Positions 1 through 12,000 of a stretch of 64,000 nt of DNA are shown one piece after another. The notes under the pieces were generated by a model that did not search any database, was not told the DNA's origin, and saw only the letters and a program-made list of their open reading frames with translations. The DNA is from Trichoplax adhaerens (Eukaryota; Animalia; Placozoa), in contig NW_002060948.1 of NCBI RefSeq assembly GCF_000150275.1, forward strand, positions 1,325,983 to 1,389,982, read 5' to 3'. Each line of letters begins with the position of its first letter. The stretch's first letter is position 1. The translations under genes were made by a program, and so were the position numbers.

Positions 1-982
1 AAGTTGCAACCAATAAAACCATTTAGACATATAAATGGTAGCAATAGGAAGAAAAGTAGCTAAAAATTTAAATCATATCACTGCAATAATTTGACACTAG
101 TATTTACTTATATATCATCGAATTATGTCACCATTACGATCTGATTTGATATTGAAATAAAGGATCAGAATAGGGTATGATTGTAACTTAATAATTAGCA
201 GCGAAAGTTAACGAAAAAATATCCCTAAAAGGGATATTGTAATGGATGCTACAAGTATATCTTTTTCATTGTAGCATCCATGTACTGTTATCTAGCTTTA
301 TGATTGGATTCAGATCTTGGTAGAAGCATTGTGCTACTTAAACTATGTTTATTTTTACATCATGCGACCTTCATCGTCTGGTAAAGTTATAAAACAAAAG
401 TTTTACTATAAAAATACATATTAAAATAACTACTCTAGGAATCCAATGCTTACAATTTAATGTTAAAACGTGTATACAGTAATTATTTTTACTTTTGTAA
501 TATGTTTATAGAAATTCTATTACTATCAACTACTGTATATATTTCGTATGTTAACCATTTTCAAATCCTGTTAATTCGCTATGCAACTCTCTATCCTTAC
601 TATGCAAAGTGGTCTCTTTAATGCCAATATTTATTTCTAATATTTAAATTATAAATACTAGTTCATTGCCCACCACCTTGATGGCGGTAACTCATACCTA
701 GCAGTAATTATAATTTCATGCGTACATTTTAGGAATTCAGTTTCGGTTACATTACTACGTAAAACAACATAATACGTACACTAATACAAAAAAGAGCGTG
801 ATATCATATATACATAATACAGTACAGTATAGTGCAGTTGTTATAAATATTTCATAATCTATCAAAATGTTTTATAATAAGTGGTATAGATCCTTACATG
901 TTAGAATTACTTATTTATAGCAGTATACAGTATAATTTTAAATTAAATCTCTAGTTTAACTAATTCTATACTCTAATTATAG

Positions 983-3900
983 GGCCACTGCGCTTTGGAG
1001 ATGCCTTCAGGGACTGGTAAAACTATATCCCTATTATCTTTAATTATAGCATATCAAAAGGTATAAATTGTTTCAGTAAATATACAACAACTTGTTAAGA
1101 ACTTCTACATCATTATTTTAGCAATTTCTCACGTAACATGACCACAACCTAACTTTCACAGTATGGTAATAATTTAATGAATTACAAATTTATTTAAGGG
1201 AATCTCAATTTTGATCACTATAATCTCAGATCGTATTAATGGCGTTCAATTTTTCCTTGATATAGGTTTATCCGTTGCATATCACCAAATTAATATATTG
1301 TTCACGTACAGTACCAGAAATTGAGAAGGTAAATCTTGTAATCGTTCTTTCAATCATTTCTTTGACGTGTGAAATTTCAAATGCTTGTACAATTGGACAA
1401 CTAATTCATTTTGTTGGACATAAAGAATAACTTTTATTCTTAATATGCTTTCCAGGCGTTGGAAGAAATGAAAATTCTTCTCGAATACTACGAGAAACAA
1501 ACCGGAGAAAAACAGAAATTTCTTGGACTAGGTCTTAGTGCTCGTAAGAATCTTTGTATACACCCAGAGGTAGGCTACCACGCTAAAACTGTTGCTTTAT
1601 GTACTAACTTTAGAGGGAATTAGTAATTAGTATTTCATTTGCAGATCAGCAAAGAACGTGATGGTAAGGTTGTTGATGGCAGATGTCTTGGTTTAACTGC
1701 ATCTTATGTACGTAGAAACCATCAACAAGATCGATCAGTAGAAGTTTGCAGCTTTTTTGAGGTATATTATTTCTAATTGCAATCTTCCATGTATTCAGTA
1801 AAGAAATTAGGTTAATGATTATATATAATTGTATGCGATTTATATAACAAAATATTTATCAAATTATGTGGCTTCTCTGATAACATTATAGAAATTTGAT
1901 ACATTTGGTCGAGACTCTGTTTTACCTCCTGGAGTCTATAACCTGGTAAGATTTCTTAGTTGTATACTTTTCTGCACTAAATCTTATCAAATGGTAATAA
2001 ATAATCTTTTCTATTCTTCTTAGGATGACTTAAAAGACTTTGGTGCAAAACAAGGATGGTGTCCTTATTTTCTTGCTCGGCATTCAGTAAATAGAATATA
2101 CTCGTATTATAATATGGACGTTTTAATCAAATTTAAATTTAATTTATTACGGTATATCGTAGTGTTCGTTATAATTAAAATTTTTTATCTATTGTTCAAT
2201 CTTAGTAATGATTTGTTAACTACAAGTATGTAATAAAGTACTAAAGTGTATTATTTAATAGATCTTGCACGCAAATGTGGTGGTGTATAGCTATTATTAC
2301 TTGCTAGATCCGAAAATTGCCGATTTAGTATCTAAGGAAATGTCTAAACAATCTGTAGTGGTCTTCGATGAAGCTCACAACATTGGTATCTATCTTTGAC
2401 TTCACAGCAACCAGATAATGCAAAATATATCGCTACGTTTAAAACAAATTACAACTTAAATTTCGATCTTTCCGACTTCATCTAGATAACGTTTGCATTG
2501 AATCTATGACTGTAAAGATATCTAGAAAAACCATTGATAGATGCCAAACCGCCTTAGACGTTATGGATAAGAAAGTTAAAAAGTAAAATTTTTACCTTGC
2601 AATCACTATGTTCAATAGTTAAAAGTATTTATCGACATTAGTGTATAACCAAATTTTTTATACATCTCTTAACATATTATAAAGGATTAAGGAAACCGAT
2701 AAAAAGAAACTTCAAGAAGAATACCGAAGATTAGTTGAAGGTATTTACTTAATACCGGATAAAACCATTGCTTTGTTAATGTACATTAATGATTGTCGTT
2801 AATTCAAGGACTTCGAGCTGCAAATGNNNNNNNNNNNNNNNNNNNNNNNNNNNNNNNNNNNNNNNNNNNNNNNNNNTTAAGAGATTTGTTGAAATATTAA
2901 GGTACTCTTGTTCCTTCTGTAATTCTGATCTTGATTTTTCTACTATTGAAACTTTTACCGTTACTTTAAAAATTTTTCGACTCTATTTAGATAATAATGC
3001 ATTACTACTTTTAGACGCGATTAAGAGTTCAGCATGTTGTGCAAGAGACTCCAATGTCGTTTCTTCATCACATTAAGGAGACAGTATGTATTGATAGGAA
3101 GCCTTTAAGGTACACTGAGAATACTATTATAACCTTCTCGGATCATCTAACGTTTCTAAGAATAATTCTAAAACGTTCTTTAGTATTCACAATATTACCT
3201 ACGTTTTTATATAACAGATTTTGTTCAGAAAGATTACAATCACTTATGCATACTTTGGAAATAATAAACAATAGCGAATTTGCTGCTCTAGCAGCTGCAG
3301 CAAGCTTTGCTACGCTTGTTAGTACCTATTCTAAAGGTAAAGAAAGATTGCTGAATGTATCTACTGCTTAAATTTAAACGTTTTAAGATTCCTATACTTT
3401 GCACTAATTGTTAATCATTTTCTTGTTAGGATTCACTCTCATCATTGAGCCATTTGATGATCGTGCACCCACAATACCAGATCCAGTTCTACATTTTAGG
3501 TAGCCCCGACTAATTGTCAGCTAAGCATCAAGCATACGTTTTAAATTGTGCAGATACTGAGATCGTACCCTCTGTTCTAATAATTACAGTTGCATGGATG
3601 CATCTATAGCTATAAAGCCGGTATTTGATCGTTTTCAATCCGTAGTTATAACCTCAGGGGTACGTTGATACTGTGATTTTTATTTCTATCGCAATATTTC
3701 TATTTTTTCTTTTACTTGTATTTTCATATCTAACTCTAAGAGATTTAATGTCCCTTGCTGCTTTATTACTTGCTCTAGACTTTATCACCTTTAGACATGT
3801 ATCCGAAAATTCTAAATTTTCGCCCTGTATCTATGTCATCATATACGATGACATTGGCGCGTCCAAGTTTATGCCCATTAGTAATTATCATATTTTCCTT

Positions 3901-5685
3901 ATTTTCTTGATTCTTATCACCTTTCAATAAGTAAACAAGGTGTTTTGACATTCCTGTATTTACTAGATTGTTACTAGAGGAAATGATCAAGTTACAATAA
4001 GTTCCAAATTCGAATCACGCGAAGATATTGGTAAAGTTTTTATAAGAGGTTGTTTAAAAAGCAAATGTAACCTAAAACTTTTCGGTTCTTTCGTCAGCTG
4101 TCATGAGAAACTATGGTAATCTACTAGCAGAGCTGACCGCTTCTGTACCAGATGGAGTTGTTTGTTTCTTCCCGAGTTATACCTATATGGTAAATCCATC
4201 GTTAATATCGATTTAAACCAAGTTTTTAAGTTGTTCAGCAATCCTTTTTAACAAGTTACCAATTGTTATTTCGGAAATATATCAGGAATCAGTCGTAAGC
4301 TTTTGGTGTGACCAGGTAATTTATCGCTAGCGATTACTCGTACTTTTTTTCTTCTAGTAGATGGAATTCGTTTACTATATCTATCGTTTCTTCTTTCTTT
4401 ATAATATATACTAAGCGCAATAATTTAATTTTGGGTATATTTTAGGGTATTATGAATAATATTATTAGAAACAAGCTCTTATTTATTGAGACACAAGATC
4501 TGGCTGAGACTGTCTTGGCTTTAGAAAATTATTATAAGGTTTAAGCTCATAGCATGTTAATCACGTAATTTAAAACTTTTTCATTATAGAAATTCGTTGC
4601 TTTATTACTACTTAGGCGTGTGAAAATGGTCGAGGTGCAGTATTATTATCTGTAGCACGTGGCAAAGTTTCGGAAGGAATTGACTTTGGTATGCTGTAAA
4701 TACAGTTTTCGACCTGAATTCACGATTAACATGAAATATGCTTAAACTATCTGAACATAGATCATCATTACGGCCGAGCCGTACTCATGTTTGGTATCCC
4801 ATATGTGTATACACAAAGTCGTAAATTACGGGTAAAGCGGTATAAGTACAGTATCACAAGTTCCTCTGCTGCTACTCTAAAACACTCTCTTACTACTCGC
4901 AGGCCAGATTAGATTATCTTCGGGAAAATTATCAAATTCGAGAAAATGATTTCTTGACCTTCGATGCAATGAGACACGCAGCACAGGCAAGTGTGGATCG
5001 ATAAATGAATATAACTACACCTATATATGGTTTAATTTAAAATGTAATTGATCAACTTTTCTTAAATAAAAAAGTGTGTTGGTCGAGCAATCCGAGGAAA
5101 ATCAGATTATGGTATAATGGTATTTGCAGATAAGGTATGCTTATGGACGATTTCTTAGGTTTTTAAATTAGAATGGACGAACTATTCATTGAGCAGATGA
5201 CATACTATATTATCTTTTGTTCGAACAGCGCTATTCAAGACTAGATAAAAAGGGAAAACTTCCAAAGTGGATTCAAGTGCGTAATAGTACAATTAAAAAT
5301 TGCTTCATGCGCTAATATAATCCTAAATTTTTATATTCTTTTTTTAGGAATATTTAAAGGATTCTGTTTGTGATTTAACAACAGATGAAGCTGTACAGGT
5401 TGTAATCTTAATGCGTTCCAATTATTAAAGTATATCGTAACTCGATTTTATTGTCGGATTTCTTTTATTACAGATTTCTAAAAAATTTTTAAGACAAATG
5501 GCTGCTCCTTTCAATAAGGTTTGTACTTATATTAAATAGGAAATAATGTAGCATCAATACTATAATTATCTGTCGGAATTATAATTTATTTGTAGGAAGA
5601 TCAACTTGGGCTATCGCTTTTAACCCTTGAACAGTTAGAATCTAGAGAAGGCCAAGAAGCTGCAAAACTTGCTCAAAGAAGCTGA
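983..5685 (+). CDS. ERCC2: TFIIH helicase XPD (multi-exon; first coding exons lie upstream of the window; interrupted by an N gap)
   Basis: Spliced exons translate to [14 protein letters not shown] (Walker A, 983-1060), [13 protein letters not shown], Fe-S cysteines ([24 protein letters not shown]), [10 protein letters not shown] (motif II), [41 protein letters not shown]. Stop TGA at 5683-5685. Confidence 0.98.
2827..2876. other. Assembly gap (50 N) inside XPD
   Basis: Run of N. About 35 conserved XPD codons between GLRAAN and KRFVE are missing, so the true gap is longer than 50 nt. Confidence 0.95.
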
Positions 5686-6419
5686 ATTCGGTTAAATTTT
5701 TAATTTACTACACGGTGTAATGTACTGTAACATAAAAATATAAATATATACCTAGTATATTGATTATATTTACTTTCGATCTTTGCTGGAAATTAAATTT
5801 ACAAAGTTAACTTTATGTTGCTAAAGACTATCATGATGATTTATCATTGAAGTGAATTCAGTCTGTAATACCCGTCCTACTATAATTATAAAAGCAAAAA
5901 TCTATGCACGTACGTTCTACGTACAGATATCGTGTTAATACCCTGACTTTAGTTATACGAAAATAAAGCTACATCACTACTGATTCAAATTTGATGTAAT
6001 GTTACTTTTTCAATGTTGATTAATTACTGAAGTGCCGGCCGGCATTAATCTAAATACTAAAACTCACTCTCTATTTCACATTTAGTAGCTTATAATTAAA
6101 ATATCATATAAACCGAACAGTAATGGATATTGCCTATAATTGGATATACTTCATTTCGTGCTATAGAACAATTACATACTGTAATAATCATAGTTTAGAG
6201 ATTTTATAGCAATTACAGTATATGCTGCACTGCCAGAATATCACATCATAGATACGAACGTTACATGGTGCGCCAGGGTATCACTTAATCTTGACTTTAC
6301 TTCATCAGGAAAGATCATGTTTTATTACATCACTTCGGATAAATTGTAAATACGCAGATGAAGACATAATTTTTAACCACCTTTTACATTGGTTAATTAC
6401 GTTTTACCATATATTTATA

Positions 6420-8533
6420 TCATAGATAAATTAGTCGTAAAGTCTTTTGTCGTGTATAATACAAAATATATTCGTTGCGTAAATTATCAATACCAGTTAT
6501 AATTCCTTTTATGGTGTCTCCCGTAGCAACTTCTCTGGAGAATTTCTTTTCAACATTATAGATTATGATAGTTGTTACATTACCCTGAGCTGTGGTTACA
6601 CTATGTAACAACAAATTGAACAATTATTACCCTCTTAGTAATGGTAATTATAAATCGTTATCTGATCATTATTAGTTATTATTTATAGCAAAAAACATAT
6701 ATTCAAATTGCATCATAAGCATTACTCACATCAAGAATGTTCCAAAATTTGACCATTGCACAAACATTCCAGGGAGTCGACTATTTACAACTTTAGATGC
6801 CCCAGTATTGAATTCTAACTTTTTCTGTACCCAACAAAACGGCTCTGTACTTTCCTGCAAAATTAATTAATTTTCTTAGAACAATAATTGTCCTATTATT
6901 GTAAAAGATAATAAGTTTACAAGTAGATTAACTCAATGGCATACCAACTGATATAAATATACGTTTTGATCCCAACAACCTACAGCAACCATATTTTGTT
7001 CAGGTGAAAACTTGAGACTTGTTATTCTAATACTTTTAAGCTGAGCGTACCAAAAATCTGTAATAAAATGAAAGCATGTAAGACATTCATCTATGACTGC
7101 AGCAATTTTTTGTTAGACGATAGAGTGTGTTTACCCTTGCTTGTGTTAAAGGTATCTTGAGTGCTGTTCCTCCAGATACCAAGATGGCCATCCATGGTGG
7201 CCTAATTCAATCAAATTCTATTAACTTCATATAAACTTAAAATGTGGTATAACTATCTAAATAAGATCGCAATAGGACTTACGACAGCCAAGTAGTGACC
7301 GCCTCTTGAGTATTCTACAACGGCAATGGCTAATCCAGTATGTAAATTTATGACACTTCGCTATACCATAAAATGATAATTACAGATTTATAGTGAAACA
7401 CATACTGCTAGTTATTCTTTCAAGTTGTAAATTTAGGAACGTATTTTCTAACATAGGTCGAATAGTCTATCAGCTTAACACTTACTGTAACTAATTTATG
7501 GTTAGTGAAATTTAAAATATAAATATCGACCCCATTAGACCCTGCAATCGCCATATTATATACCTAAATTTATAGGAATATATCCATTTAGTTTCCATTT
7601 ATGAATAATCGTAAACAGTTCTATTGTGAATGTATACAACAAGTTTAAAGCAGAGTGCATACGTCTAACTATAGACAGATTTACCTTATCTAGGCAAGTT
7701 ATAGCTATACTCTTAGGAACATAACTTAAGTTAATTTCTTCACCATTGATACAATTTAATAATGAAGTAAAGAGGTGAACAGATCGTCCTGCAATACCAA
7801 TAATCTTTTCATCGGTCGACATGCAGTGACATTCCAATTCTTCATCTTGAACTTGAAGCTTTCGCTGCAGCTCAATTTCAGGTTTACTTGATGTAACACC
7901 ATCATCTATGCAATAAGAATTGATTAAATAACTGCACATTTCCACTGACTAGGTTTGTAGCAACTTAGCTATGCCAGCATCGACACGAATGCCGAAAATG
8001 CTCAACAAAAATGGCATGAAGTTTAGCAGTAAGTTTGATAGAATTTAAAACAATTACAGAATCAAATACATTCCTGAATTGTAAATGACTATAAATAATC
8101 TGCAGTTTACCGTTAATATAATTTATTTACTAAGCTAAGAAAACTTCATGGTACCCTCCAAAAATGTCTGTTGTGCATTGTACAGTGTACAGTACTGTAT
8201 AGCTTACTACATAGATTTGATAAGCAGTATACTGTATAGCAAGGCTTTGTATACGTAGACTTTATAAGCATAAGTACTGTACAGCAAAATATTGTTTGTA
8301 AATCAAGAAAATATAACACCAATATCATTCTTACTTCCAGTTGCAGGCTCAGTTTTGTTTTGGTAAAGTTGCAACAATACGACAACATTATTATCAGCTA
8401 AACAGCAAATCGCTTCCGTATTATTATTCGCTGCTAGGCAGTTTCCTAAACGAGCAATTGGCGGCTCTAATTTACAGGTAGCATGGCAATCCACCACTCC
8501 ATAGCATACATTAATATCTTCATTTGCTGCCAT
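6420..8533 (-). CDS. Uncharacterised multi-exon WD40/beta-propeller-like protein
   Basis: ATG at 8533 (MAANEDINVCYG...). Downstream exons with canonical splice sites join in frame: AVVEYSRGGHYLAV|ATMDGHLGIWR, ITSLKFSPEQNMVAVGCWDQNVYLYQL, FVQWSNFGTFL. Stop at 6420-6422. The exon structure between ~7950 and 8330 is unresolved. Confidence 0.7.
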
Positions 8534-9095
8534 GATATTATCTTGAGCTTTGATATGAAGTAGGAAATATCATCAGATAGTAAAATGGATCGCTAGCTCC
8601 ATTTTACCTCCGTTGCTGTACTATACTCAACGCTTCCTCATTACAATACTGTACTGTACTAGTACTACTACTTACAGTACAGTACGTCCTGTATAGTACT
8701 GTATACTTCAGTACTTTACACTGTACTGGACAGTATCATTATGAGTTCTGTACAGTACGAGTACTGTAGGCTACAATCCCATACCTTCCAACGGTTGCCA
8801 TTACAACGGTTAAAATTTCTGGCCTCGTATAAATTTGAAGGCAAATTGGAGTCGAAAATCATCACATAATCAGCATTAATATTTTACCGACGTTATATCC
8901 CAGTGATAAATTAGTTATTTCTATCTTTGGACCTTGACGGATAAATAAAGATTATACTGATTAAAAATTACGCCTCATTCCTAAGCCATTACAATATTCA
9001 TAAGAGATACGCGTAATTCTACTGAATGTATTGGAGGTGGAATGTTTGGAGTGTCAACCATTTTTAATACTAAAAATTATTTCCAAGATTAGAAT
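8534..9095. promoter_or_regulatory. Bidirectional promoter between the WD40-like gene and SDCCAG8, with RFX X-box-like site GTTGCCATTACAAC (8794-8807)
   Basis: Head-to-head ATGs about 560 bp apart. The 14-bp X-box-like imperfect palindrome overlaps two CAACGGTT (Myb-like) sites. Confidence 0.6.
8618..8768. repeat. TA-CWG-TA (TACAG/TACTG) array in promoter
   Basis: TACTGTACTGTA 8647-8658, TACAGTACAGTA 8673-8684, TACACTGTA 8717-8725, TACAGTA 8751-8757, TACTGTA 8762-8768. A smaller cluster lies at 8181-8285 in the first intron of the WD40 gene. Confidence 0.85.
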
Positions 9096-12000
9096 ATGGC
9101 TAAATACCAGCAATCAAGTCAGTTTAGGCCTTCACCAGATGGCATCAATAGATCAGCAGGTAAAATCAAGTTCAGCCATGTATATGATTTCTATTGATAC
9201 GATACTCAATTAATGAAAGTCAAACAACTTTACGTAGCCAACTTTGACTTAAATATCAATTCACTAAAATAAACTTTTTAATTCATTTATTACCGACTCC
9301 ACAACATTGCATACTGATAATTCCCTAATAGCAGTACTATATTTCTAATTAAGAAGCAATTACGGATTTGCATTAAGCAACCACTTTATAAAACATCTCG
9401 CTGTATACTCTCTAATTACACCAACATGAAATTCTGATATAAACGTTAAATATTACCTTACGCTGCTATTTACAAGTATTATAAATTAACTTAATCTGCT
9501 TTAGTAGAGACAAAAATACCGACGCTTAGCCCGTCTTGGAAATCTAGCTATGCTGTTACTAACTCTGCATCTCCAAGAAATTATGATGGAGACTATAATA
9601 CGCGAGCTAGTCCCAGCCTTGCCAAATATTTTAATGCAGGTACAATCTATTTAAATATGCGGCGTTTTCTTCTTTAGAACATTAGTATTTATAAAGTAGC
9701 TAACATATTCAAACTTTTTTGATGATAGGAGATCAATTAAGAGAAATGTTAGCTCGTTATAATCAATATTCAGGTCATTCTCGTAACCCAGTAACACTTA
9801 CTAAATTAATTGCAAGTTCTGGTCAGGCAAATTCACTTCACAGGCGGAAATTGAAAAGAATCGGTAGTTGGCCTATTGCGATGGTAAGTTCATCCACACT
9901 CTGCAATAATTTAAAGTATTTTACATACTTCTGTAATTAAGTACCAAGTCAGTGATATTAGCGTTTAGAAGTTGCTTTCATCAAGTATAAATACTCATTT
10001 AAAAGGAGGTTCTTTTTGATAAGATGTACACGTTCACAGTACATGTATTCTTCAAAATTAAGAACGAGCAATATATGTAAAGTTATAGATTTAATGCTTT
10101 CATAAGATGCTTGTTAAGCATTCAATAGCATTGTGGAAGTGTTAATATTTATGATGTTAACTAAAAAATTTATATTATTCATCATCTCTTAAATCTAAAA
10201 TATGTGCTTTAAGCAAGTAAAAACGCTGACTGCCTTCACAACAATTATTAAAAGCCCTTTCTTGATATACAATTTTAAAAGTAGCATAGAATTCAAATAA
10301 GAAATTACTTGTAGGTTATATACTTGAGCTAATTTGTATTAGCCTTTTAAATATATTCGTGGTATTGTACTTAAAGCGTGTGTGAAGTTAAATGTAGTAA
10401 TAAATAATAACATACTAAAAAACATCTAGCACTATAATTAAGATGTTAGTATATTTTTAATACCTAGCTTGCATTTAAAATTAACAAAATATTAGAATGA
10501 AACAATAGCTGAAGAAGGAATACAACCGCTAAAGCAGTTTGTTAAGGCTTCAGAAGGAGTACTAGATAAGGTAAAATAATTTAATCATTATCTTCGGTAA
10601 AGAGTGCTTATCTTACATAAATATAGTCAATGATGGATTAATTACGTAAACTATCTATAATCGATTACATCGATTTCGCTATTAATAGTATTTATTCTAT
10701 TACAGGATATTAGTGCAGGTGGCGAAACTTCTGTCGCTGATAAGAGGCTTAAAAGTAAAAATGCTGATATTTCCAATTTACATACCGATTCAGCAATTAA
10801 GTCCATTAAGGAAGAAATGAATACTATAAAACAGGTAAATTTCCAAGAAATAACTTTCAATATTTTGACAAGTTAATACCAAAGTCAGTCATTTACTGAT
10901 AATTAATCTCACGATACTTTGTTAGAAATATAAATAAGCATAAAGTATGTTACAATTGTACAGTTGTTGTTAAGTTGGTGTATTTAAGCCTCTATCATCC
11001 TATCATAAGAAACTAGAAAAAATGCCAGAAGAATCATCAATCTCAGGCACTGTTGACACTAATCTGGTACTATACTTTAATTGCTCTACACACATTTATA
11101 CAGCTACAAGATATTTCACGATCTATAATAATTAATGCTAATGAATTTAACACGAAAATTACATAAGTAAAATTTTTTTGTTGAATTAATTAACCAACTA
11201 TAATTCTACATAATATTATGATCAGTTTCAAATCCACCAAGAAGCAACTTCTGATCAGTTTTCCGATTCAATTGTTAATATGAAGTAAGACATTATAAAA
11301 AAAAATGATTGCTTATAACAAAGCAGCTTCTCTTCTTAACTTTTAAAAATAATATAATAAATCTGAAAGGAGCCAAGTTGAAAAATGCTTATCTGAAATC
11401 AAGAATATAAGAGAAAAAGTCAAGTCTGTACAAATGATCTTACTTTTGATCATGGCTTGTATTATATTTTGTTAAAATTACTATAAGATACCATACGACC
11501 ATTGTTTCTTTTTAATATTTCTGAAATTATATTATCAAGCCATTATACTATAGTTAATAATGAATTTAAAGTATATTGTTCTTTTCATTTTTTAGTTTGA
11601 TTAATAAGTCCAGCGATCAAACTCAAGAAGCTCCTAAAGATGTTAGTTGAGTAACATAGGGCTTAAGGAAATTATTTCTGAAAATTTAGGCATAAAGAAT
11701 TAGCACTCATGTTCGATTTTTACGTTATTATTAAATAGGTTAAAGTTGGGCATGAACATGCCGATACAAATATACCGGTACATGTGTTAAATACCTCCAA
11801 ACCTATAAATCAAGTTATTGTTGACAGATTAACAAGGTTGGTAGAATGCTCATTTATTATGTTTGAAATGTATATTTATTACTAACATAATAAACAATTT
11901 ACTGTTTGCTAGCGAGCGCGACGAAGCATTGCAAACAGCTGTTCGATATCGCAAAATTGTTGATGAAATGTGCCATAAAGAAGTAGCAATGTATAAACAA

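Noticed and set aside
889-925. YMLEL-like stretch resembling an early XPD exon
   Set aside because: Does not continue into KRTLDAK and lacks the FPYDYIYPEQ motif; true 5' exons are probably upstream of the window.
6033-6044. GC palindrome TGCCGGCCGGCA between convergent genes (also GGCTATATAGCC at 35822-35833)
   Set aside because: Single 12-bp palindromes are expected by chance in 64 kb; no supporting context.
8770-8784. ZNF143/THAP11-like CTACAATCCCA in the bidirectional promoter
   Set aside because: Spacing is one base short of ACTACAnnTCCCA and the first base mismatches; too weak.
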